Shown: piece after piece, positions 40,631 through 51,300 of the stretch | Numbering within the stretch: the first letter of the stretch is position 1 | Layout: every line of letters starts with the position of its first letter | NCBI GenBank assembly: GCA_016748015.1 | Contig: JAAOMT010000294.1 | Span: 102,541-166,540, forward strand | Direction of reading: 5' to 3' | DNA: 64,000 nt | Source of the DNA: Geosiphon pyriformis uo1 | Lineage: Eukaryota; Fungi; Glomeromycota | Translations under genes and position numbers: made by a program | The notes under the pieces: generated by a model | Told to the model about the DNA's origin: nothing | What the model saw: the letters and a program-made list of their open reading frames with translations, nothing else | Databases searched by the model: none

Positions 40631-43600
40631 GTTAAAATTTCCTATAAAAAAGTTAATTTTTACTATAAAATAATTACACAAAATAATTAATATAAAATTA
40701 GTTATTTTATTATAAATTTAACAGTATAAATAAGTTTAAAATATAAAAAAATACTTTGAAAATAAATTAACTTATTGGTTTTTGTTAATACAAAAATATT
40801 AAATAATCTAAAACAACTTTTTTAAAAATTTTTTTAATATATTTTAATTATTTTATCTTTATTTTTAGCAAAAAATTTTATTTGTTTATTATTAACCAAA
40901 TAAATTTTTATATTTTCAATTATTTTAATTTTAAATAATTTTAAAGATCTATTATTTTTTAATTTTAGCCAAAATTTAAAAAATAAATATATAATAAATA
41001 TTTATATACAAAATTTTTTAGAAATTACTGGTTTTTAACTAATTTAATTTGACTTAACCAACAATAAAACTTTTAATTTAACTTTATTATCTAAATAATA
41101 AGTTTTAATATCTTTAAAACTAATTTTTTTAACTAAAATAAATTAAAATTATAAGATTAAACTTTAAATATTTTATTAACTAATAAAATTATTACTTTTT
41201 TTAAAAAATTTTACATAGTATTAACATTTAAAAACTTTTTAGCAAATATAAAAATGTTAAAAATATTTAATATAATAATTAAAAATTCAGCCAAGAACTT
41301 TTTTTATTTGTTAATATTTAAATTTATATTGTATTAAAAAACTTATTTATATCTAAAACTTTTTGTTTAATTATTGTATAAAAAAAATATTTATTAATTA
41401 AAATAAAATTAATAGTTTTTTTAATACTTTTAAATAAGCTATTTAAACTGTTTATTAAAACATTATATTAATTTATATTAAAATATTAAATTAAATTAAT
41501 ATTGTGTTTAAAATTATTTTATTAAGATTTTTTTATTATTTATCTTAGCAATTAATTTATATACTCTTAAAGTTTTGGTTGTTTTCTTATTTATTAAAAT
41601 TTTAACATATATATTAACAATAATTATAAACAATTTATTTTTAAAAAAAAGTTTAATATTTAAAACTCTAATTAAAATTAAATTGCTTATAATTTTATAT
41701 TATTTAACAATATTTATTTATTTTGTAAAATTGTTTATTTTTTTAATATTATATGTAATCAGTTTTTTAATTAAATTAAATATTAGAAAGATACATAAAA
41801 AAATTATTATTAGCAAACAAAAAATTTAGATTTAGAAAAATAATATCAAAAAAACTTAAAAGCTTAATTATTTTGGTTTTTAAATTTTTAAATTTTAAAA
41901 CAAAAACACGAAATACATTAAAATTCAAAGATAACAAAATATTAATCTTATCAAAAAAACAGAAAAAAACAAATTATTTAGAATTATATTTAAGTCAAAT
42001 AATAATATAATAATATAAATTAAAAATATATATAAAAACAAAAAATTTAATCTAAATATTAAACTAACTATTTTATATTTTAAAAACTTTATATTTTTTA
42101 ACATATTTAATTTAAATCTTAAAAAAATATAAAGTCATTAAAAAAAATTTAGCATTTGGAAAAAAATCAAAATCAAAAAACTAAATAAAAAACAAAAAAA
42201 ATATTATTAACAATTTAAATCTAAGTTTTATTTTTAAAAATAATAAAATAAACAATATAAATTAATTTTTTAGTATATAATATATTAATTATTGCTATTT
42301 AACAATTATATTTGTGTTTTTTTTAATATAACCAGAATTTTTTTTAAATTATATTTAGCAAATATATATTTAGTTTATTTGTATTTTATACAAAATAATA
42401 AAAATATTTTAATTTAACACAAAATTTATTTTTTTAAATACATAATTATATACAAAACAGTTTTTTAAAATTCATTAATTTTAAAACAAACAATATATAT
42501 TTAATATAAATATAAACTTTTTTATTATAAAATACCAGAAGATTAAACAAATTATAAGCAGTTGTGTTTATTAATAATATATAAAAAAGTATTTAATAAT
42601 AATTTTTAAATATTTATAAATGTTTATTAATATTAATTTTTATTATATATATTAAATTTTTATTAATTATAACTAATTAATTAAAAACTATTAATTTAAT
42701 AATTTTTTTATTAACAAATTTTATTACTGTTTTTTTACAAATTTGTAAGCTATAACTTAATTAATATTATTTTATTAACTTAATAAAAACTATTTTTACA
42801 ATTAATTTATATATATTTACATATATATTTTTTTTATTGTTTAATGAGTAAGGTCCAAATACCACTTAGCATAATACATCAAACTAAGTGATCTAAACTA
42901 GGCACAAATTATGCATTTTTTACATGTGACCAGCCATTCGAGCCAATTAGAACAATACTATAAATTCAACAGAACAGACACTATACTATCAATGCCAGCA
43001 AAAAAGCAACAATGTTTGTGAAAACCAAAACAGATACCAAGAGCCTCAACAATTCCAAGTAACTTCATGACTCTAGCCAAAAACAAATATGACAAACTAC
43101 AGACTACAAGAAAAGTAAAAATATCATGGGAAATCAAACCACTCCTCTTCATAAAAACCCTGTATTTAGCCCTAACCAACCAAATTTCAGCATAATGAGC
43201 AGCACCCAAACTCCAAACAAAATTAACAATGAAATTCTCTACAGACTTGGTGTCATCAAAAATGGACAAGACTTCTATAAACCACTCTTTAAATAAGAAG
43301 CTTTTGTTCACAATGGTATACAATACATCATCAAAAGCACACAGTAAAAGCATCTGTAAGACCTGAAAAGAAGAAAAACCCAAACTGAACACAACATGTC
43401 AATCAGTCAGATGGGATGCAAGCAGATTTTTATGAACACCAGAATTAAACGAATACACAAATGAATGATTGGAACTCTCTACCTCTCCACAGTGAAGACA
43501 CAAAACACTTGGATAAGCCCTATTATACAAATGTTTTTGCACAGCAACTGGTAGACAGTAGTGAAGTGTCTTCAAAAAATATAAACACAAATTAGCTGTA

Positions 43601-45368
43601 GACTTACAAGGGAATCTAGTCATCATGTGTGAGTCAGAGTGCCAAATTGAAACAGTACAAATCCAATTCACATCACTAATCAAGTTTTTGTCAACAATAT
43701 TAGAACCAAGCCCAACTTCCTAATGAGCATGATTCACAGACCTGAAAACCTCACAGACAATATGTCAAATGTTACTAGACACTGCCACCCCATTAGTCTT
43801 AATGTACTTTTTTTTTATTAAAACAAGAAGCACCAAATTGGAACCAGCAGCCAAACCAGTTAACACATTAGTACACTTATTACCCAAAACATCCAAATGT
43901 CCCTTAACCTTACACTAGGGAACATCAAGCCTTTTTTTTTTTAATAAAATTAACAATACTATGTCACTCTATCCAACAACATTTGTAAAAGTCTGGAAAA
44001 GCCAAAGCCAATTCAGCAACACAAACATTCAAGACAGTTTGACTGTCTGAATAAACTGTAACAGAACTGCCAAAAAGAACACACTCCAAAGTCAGAGCAA
44101 TTGCCTGCAATTCAGCCATAGTAGAGGACACCAATCTACCAACTCCAATGCCAATGTCCAGATCCAAATTAGAGAAATATGCAGCTGCCTCACACTTTAT
44201 TTTACAGGAACCCAAATTTCTCAAAGATCCATCTGTGTAAACATTAATAATGTCCAAATAAATGGCAAAAAGACACTGCTCCAGCCTAGAAACACCACCC
44301 AAACCATAAACATTCAGAAACCACAAACCAGTAATATACAATTCATTAAAAGGAAAAAAATGAGCCAGAAAGTTTTGAGCCAAACTGAACCAACAAGAGA
44401 CAGGGCCCTTCAGATCAAGTCTTTTCCAACAACAAAAGCTTTTCCAATTAAAAATTAAACCCTTTTTGGTGTACAGTTGTTCAACAAAAATAACTCCAAA
44501 TTTTTTAAGTGATTGTGAAACATCATAAAACAATGGGCTCCCCAGAATTGTAAACATTGATGTCCTACTAGTGAAATGGAATGCAGTAAGAAAAAAGTTG
44601 TCAAGAGACATATTACAATCCAAAAAAATTCTGACAACACCAGCCAAAAAATTATTAACTGAACTAACATATAGTCTAACTGGATGACATAAAAAATGAA
44701 TGGGCGACCAACTTAAAACTTGTAAGTCCAAAGATCTATGATCGAACAAACAACCAAAAATTTCACTAGCATTCAAAAAATTTAGCACAGAAGCCAATTT
44801 AGACTTGAATTGCAACTGCTCAAAAGATTTTAAGCCATACAAAAATGGATGATGAAGAGCTTCATTCGAAAAATCTCTAGATAGTCCAATTTTAAGTTAT
44901 AAATCCTTTCTAATTAATGTGTTTCACTTAACACATATATTTTAGAAATAAAACTGAACTGCATTCTATAACTGACAATGAGTTGTAGTACTGTTAACAT
45001 CATATAAAGGAACTGCTTGTCTGAAATAGCCTTTCTTAAAACCAAATTGACAAAGAATCTGACATCTGAATGAGTCTTAGCCAGACTAGGTGAGGACAAT
45101 CTCTTAGATGACAAATAGATACCAAGATATCTATGAGACTTCCCCTTATAAGCAACTAAAATTGGTAGACTATTTATTAACAATAAAGCATTACTAACTC
45201 TCTGATTGATAGAGATGGTCACAGTTTTCTCATTATTAATAGAGATATCATTCATCTTAAAGAATTCACTAGCAATGTCCAAAATATATTGAGTAGCAGC
45301 TCTACTACTCCACACCCAAATTGTGTTATCAACAAAAGCACCAGCTGCCAGAAATAAAATCAAACTGT

Positions 45369-46237
45369 TGTTATGGGATGGTTTTCTTGTTATATTTAAT
45401 TGCTGATATCTCACTTTAATTGCAATCAGTCTTTCGTGAGTTCCTCAATTCTATTTGTGTAATAATGTCACTGTTACACTGAAGGCTTTCTTTTTACTGT
45501 TGCGATGTAAGTTATTCTTTAATTCTTGATTGTTGTGTGTGTTTATGTACTCCTTCTCAGAGGCTGAACTGAAATTTACCCACTGTTTGGGGTCTTCTCT
45601 GAGGCTATCCTTGCAATTGCCTGATGTGTTTCTCTAATCTAGAAACACAGAATGTTAATGGTCTTTAGCACTTTTCTAATTCTCACAATAAAGCTTTTAT
45701 CAATTAGTAACAACATGAATAATCTTGATCAAGGATTATTCTTCCAAAAGATTCAGTTGATGAATGATAGTTTCATTCAATAAATAATACAAGTAAGTTT
45801 CTTAATACTTTGGGTTGTGATAGTTCCGTTTTAAATATTCTTTTTCATTTCTTTTTGATTTTTAAAAGTTTCTTGGGATATTTAATTTGAAAGTATGATT
45901 TAAAGTGGAGTTTGTTGGATAAAATTGGATCTGTTGCTTGATAAGTTATGATTTTTTTATTACTTGATTGATTATTTCCCAATATTAAAACTACTGTATA
46001 TATACATGTTTGTAGTTCTACGAGAAAATACTTTCTTTTTGATATTTCAACCTGGTGTTTGCTGCTATCACCAGTTGGTGTTGGCTGCTATTGTGAACTG
46101 GTGCTTGCCACTATCACGAGATGGTGTTTGCTACTATGTTAATCATTACCTTTCTAAGATTATTACTGTGCTATATTATGATTGAATAGTTTGTATTATT
46201 TTTATGATTCTTTTTGCTAAATTTTTAAACCGTAACA
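45369..46237 (-). repeat. 3' LTR of gypsy A (869 bp)
   Basis: TGTTAT...GTAACA; adjacent polypurine tract AAGGAGGGGA (46241-46250, - strand). Confidence 0.95.
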
Positions 46238-46250
46238 TTATCCCCTCCTT

Positions 46251-46919
46251 TCAAGATTGAGCTCCGTCGAAATCAAAGTTAATTTCTTCATTAAATTCTA
46301 AGTTACTATAGTGGTTCAATACTGTGTTATTAATTTGTTGTTGTAATTCTTGAAATTGCGAGTTGGTAAGTTGTCCAATACTGTTGGTTGTTATTATGTT
46401 CATGGTTGGATCCAACAATAATTTGTGACAGTTTTCAAATGCTTTGAAAATTCTGTAAACTGTTTTTGAATGGAATGTAGTATTGGTTTTTCCAATAAAA
46501 GGTTCTAATAGTTGGATAGTTGTTTTGTCAAACACTCTAGTTGAGTCTTTTGAGTATAATGTTTGTATGTTCAAGTGCTTTCCTAGTTGATAATAACAGT
46601 AATTAATTGGAAATTTCGTTTTCAAGTTGCTAAATGTGTCTGGTGTTAATTCACTTATTTCTATTTCTTCCATTATTAATATATTGCCCAATGCTATCTC
46701 TAATTTTTCAATAACTTTGCTAATAAATTTGTTGTTATATTTGGCAATATTATATGGTTCGAAATTATGTTCTTTTCTTGTTTTTGGATTTTCTATTGTT
46801 CTTTTTATGTATGTTATTTTGGAGCTATTAACTGTGATTTCTAGATCGGATTTTAATTGTTGTAAGCTTTCAACTAATTGTTGAGTTATATTGTTGATGT
46901 TTTCTGGAATAAGTATCAT
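46251..46919 (-). CDS. Gypsy A 3' accessory ORF (222 aa, unknown function, env position)
   Basis: Intact ORF after integrase whose stop abuts the PPT; homologue at 58699-59319. Confidence 0.8.
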   Translation of the reverse strand: MILIPENINNITQQLVESLQQLKSDLEITVNSSKITYIKRTIENPKTRKEHNFEPYNIAKYNNKFISKVIEKLEIALGNILIMEEIEISELTPDTFSNLKTKFPINYCYYQLGKHLNIQTLYSKDSTRVFDKTTIQLLEPFIGKTNTTFHSKTVYRIFKAFENCHKLLLDPTMNIITTNSIGQLTNSQFQELQQQINNTVLNHYSNLEFNEEINFDFDGAQS

Positions 46920-47003
46920 TGTTTTAATTTTGACTGTTATTTTGGAATCTTTTGCATGCGTTTTTATGGTTGTTAAATCATTTTTGCTGTGATCTAAAAT
47001 TAA

Positions 47004-48332
47004 TTATCTTTTCGAATAATGTTCAATTAAAACTATTGGTTTTAAATCTTGTGAAATTTGTTCTGGTAGAATTAAAGGTAATTGTGTTCCAATTCTGGGT
47101 GTTTTTGTTATTATTACTAGTTTACTGTAATAGAATTTCAGCCGGTTACCATGTGCTGCTTTTCTTAATNNNNNNNNNNNNNNNNNNNNATGTTAATGGT
47201 CTTTAGCACTTTTCTAATTCTCACAATAAAGCTTTTATCAATTAGTAACAACATGAATAATCTTGATCAAGGATTATCCTTCCAAAAGATTCAGTTGATG
47301 AATGATAGTTTCATTCAATAAATAATACAAGTAAGTTTCTTAATACTTTGGGTTGTGATAGTTCCGTTTTAAATATTCTTTTTCATTTCTTTTTGATTTT
47401 TAAAAGTTTCTTGGGATATTTAATTTGAAAGTATGATTTAAAGTGGAGTTTGTTGGATAAAATTGGATCTGTTGCTTGATAAGTTATGATTTTTTTATTA
47501 CTTGATTGATTATTTCCCAATATTAAAACTACTGTATATATACATGTTTGTAGTTCTANNNNNNNNNNNNNNNNNNNNGTTCGTTACTAATTTTTGCCAG
47601 TGATTTGCATAATGTGCGATTAAATCTTTCAACTAATCCATTTGTTTGAGGGTGGTATGGTGATGACAGTGGTCACTTAATTCCAAATTTTTGGCTAAGT
47701 TCTTTTAAGGTGCTGTTTACAAAGTGTGTGTCTTGATCTGATAGCAATTCTTGTGGACATCCATGTCAGCAAATTAAGTCTTCATGTATGAATTGAGCTA
47801 CGGAAATAGCATCAGCTGTTTTAATAGCTCTAACTTCTGGCCATTTGGTGAGATAGTCTATGGCTACTGCAATATAACAGTTGTTTCTTGTTGTTATTGG
47901 TAAGAGTCCAACTAAATCAATTCTGATTCTGTCAAATGGCTGTCCAACTTTTATTGGTCTTAATAATTCCGTTGTTTTTGCTCCTCCTCTTCATTGGCAT
48001 GGGTCACAATTTCTTATGTATTGGATTATGTCTGAACTCATTTTTGGCCAATAGTAATGGCTAGTTGCACGTTGGATGGTTGCTGTTTTTCCAAAGTGGC
48101 CTGAATGAATATCTGAGTGCATGTTAAATAAGATAGTTTCTTTTTCATCCATGGTTATAACTCTTAATAGATTATCTGGATTTTGTCGATTCCAGTAATA
48201 AAGTATGTGATTTTGGATGAAATAGTGTTTTGCTAATTTTTGGAGCTTAATTAGTTCTTTTACTGGCATTTTTTCGTCTATTTGTAGTGTTTCCAAGTAT
48301 TGGCTGAAGTTTTTGTAAAAGTGATTGTTCAT
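47004..48332 (-). pseudogene. Gypsy A integrase (HHCC + DDE core + C-terminal domain), disrupted and gapped
   Basis: MHSDIHSGHFGK...YYWP...CDPCQ; IDLVGLLP; LSDQDTHF; PYHPQTNGLVERFNRT; AAHGNRLKFY...DLKPIVLIEHYSKR*; no chromodomain. Confidence 0.85.
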
Positions 48333-48361
48333 TGTTGTTGTGGCAGGTGGGTTGGTGATTT

Positions 48362-51300
48362 TTATGTGTGTCTCATTCTTGACAAACAGTCGGCATTAGC
48401 ATTTTTGGTACCTTCTTTGTATTTGATAATATAATTGTATGGTGCTAACGTTTGTGACCATCTGGCATATTTTCCTTTTAGTGCTTTCTTGTTATTTAAC
48501 CAGACCAGACCTCTATGATCTGTCGTAATCTCAAAGGGTTGGTACCGTAAATATGTGTCAAAGTGAACACAACTCCAGACTACTGCTAAGCATTCAAGTT
48601 CATGTGCTGCGTAGTTTTGTTCTGCCGTACTGAGACTTCTGCTGGCATAAGCGATTACACATTCTCTTCCATTATCATTTTTTTGTGACAGAATGGCTCC
48701 AAGTCCAGTTCCAGAGGCATCTGTGGCCAAAATGAATTTCTTGTTGAAATTCAGATAGATTATTATTGGTGATTCAATGAGCTTTTGTCTAAGGTACTCA
48801 AAAGCTTTTTGTTGTGCTTCAGTCCATTCAAACTTCACATTTTTAGATAGTAGGTAATTAAGGAGTTTGGCGATGTTTGAAAAGTTTTCTACAAAGCGGC
48901 GGTAGTAAGATGCGAATCCTAAAAAGCTTCTAACTTCTGAAATGTTTCGAGGTACTGGAAAATTTTTTACTTTGTCTATTTTTGATGGATCTGGTTTTAT
49001 TCCATCTTTTCCAACTATGTGTCCTAAAAATGCTAGCTCATTTTTCCCAAAGAAACATTTTTCTAGATTTAGTTTAAGTCTAGCGTGTCTCAATCTCTCA
49101 AAAACTTGTTGTAAATGTTGGAGATGATCCGTGAATTTTGACGAGAAAACATTTGTATCATCCAAGTAGACAACAACGGATTGCCACAGGATTCCGGAGT
49201 AAATTACGTCCATTAGTCTTTGGAATGTCGCGGAAGTGTTTATTAATCCAAATGGCATTACATTGAACTCATAATTGCCATTTTGTGTTGTGAATGCTGT
49301 TTTATGCCTGTCCTTTGGGTCCATTTCCACTTGCCAGTACTCACTGGTCAAGTCCAGTGTAGAAAACCATTTTGCTCCTCCAAAAACGTCGAAGATTTCG
49401 TCAATTAACAGTATTGGGTATGAGTCTTTAGTTGTTTTGCTGTTTAGTTTGCGATAGTCAATGCAAAATCTAATTTTTCTGTTCTTTTTCCTTACTAAAA
49501 CAACTGGTGAGGACCATGGGCTCATTGATAGTTGTATTATTCCTTTTTCCAACATGCTTTGGACTTCTTCTCTGATAAAATTATGCTCCATTGGTGGGAC
49601 ACAGTAAGCGTGTTGTTTTTCAGGTCTGGCATCTCCAGTGGGGATTTGGTGTTAAACCAAGTTGGTTCTTCCAAATTCACCATTTTTTGAAAATATATCA
49701 GAGTATTTTAAAATTAATGCTTTTAATTGTTGCTGTTGGTCAGGATCCATTGTTCCAATGTTTAATTTGGCCAATTCTTCTGGCGTAAATTAATAGCATT
49801 CTACTGGTTGTTGCCAATTTATTGAAGTGAGTTCACAGTAGAGGGCAATTTCTGGGAAATTTAGAATTTCTTGTGGTGTTGACACATTTTCTAGCTCCGT
49901 TCCAAGGTATCCAATGATGGTATCTTCCGGAATGTAAACGGGTTCTTCTGTGGTGTTTGCAATAGAAATTTTTATCCATTGAGCTTTATCAGCTGGAATA
50001 AAAAGATTAGTAAGTCCTATGAGAAACTGTTGGCAAGTTTCTGGGTAGGGCTCAAATATTAGGTCTTTTTCTTTAATTGTCCTTTTTATTCTTATTTTTG
50101 ATTTTCTATATGGTAGGAGCATAATAGACCGCTCATTTTTAATTATTTCGCCTTTTTCCTCTATTGTTTCAGTGAAATTCACTTCAATTCCTTTTCCTGT
50201 CAATCCGAAACCAAAAGTTTCTCTCGTTGTTTGTGACAATTCCTCACGATTTTCCACTGGCACAAATTTCCCAATTTTTACCAATGGTAGGAAAATTGCT
50301 TGTGCAATCTTTTCCTTAGATTCAATGGTATAAGGCTTTTCTGAATTGTTCTGTAGCAAAACCATCAAATTTCCAGTGTATCTGGAGTCAATTACTCCTC
50401 CTTGAACGCTTATTCCTTTTTTCGCGACGCCATTTGAACCATTATTCCTGGCAGAATTTCAACTGCTATTTTTAGGTCGATTTTGGTGATGCTCCTGGGT
50501 GGTAACGTTGTGGATTGGTCTTCCGGATAACGTAGATCGAATCCGGCGTCGGTTGGATGGGCTCTTTCGGGTATTATTCCTAAGTGCCCGTTGTCGAAGT
50601 ATCAGATGTTGGTCACCTGTTCTAGGTTGGTATAGGCTACAAATTTTTCTGACTCGGGACTGTCAGGTAAGTCTTGTTGATTTATTGATTGATTTTGAGA
50701 CTGCTGATTCTCAATTTCCATTTTTCTTTCTAAGTCCCTTTCATCTTGACACTCTTCACAGCACTGATTTTGGCATGGGATGAGACAGTTTTCGCAAAGG
50801 TAAGTGTTGATTTGGGTGAGGTATTGTTCTTGCTCTTGTCGAGTGGAGCATAGTTGTTGGTAGTAGTCCTGGAATTCGTCCACTGGGTCGAACATGTTGT
50901 AGTTGGCGACTTCATCAGCTACTTCGGCTGACTCTTTCCAACGTCGTATTTTTTCGGCGGTTTCTCCTCTTACTTTGGCTTGTGCGGTGTTGTACAACTT
51001 ATTCTCGTTGTGTGAGTAGTGCTGTAGTCTTTTTAACGCTCTGTTGAACACTGCTTCGAATGGCGTTTCTCCTCTTACCCAGTCACAGATGAGGATCGTG
51101 TATTGGCAAGTTGCATCACACGTTCCTCCTCTGCCTGGTAAGTTGTTCCAGTTGCACCCTCTTGGTAATGGTTCTCTACAAGCGAGGCACGGTTCCTCAT
51201 CCCATTTTTCGTGTCTTTCTGGGTAACCATATTTTTTTTTGTTATAACGGTTACAATAGTAGTGGGTGGGATTTCTTGGGTTTTCGTCCAGTGTACTGCA

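Noticed and set aside
41575-41829. I/L/K/F/N-rich ORFs in AT deserts (also 22485, 32641, 33611, 34193)
   Set aside because: Compositional artefacts of hypermutated repeats
44914-45414. ORF MRYQQLNITRKPSHN fused to LINE RT
   Set aside because: Chance read-through across the LTR/LINE junction
47170-47578. Third LTR-A segment inside the integrase gene
   Set aside because: Bounded by N gaps on both sides and almost identical to 45652-46020; most likely a scaffolding artefact
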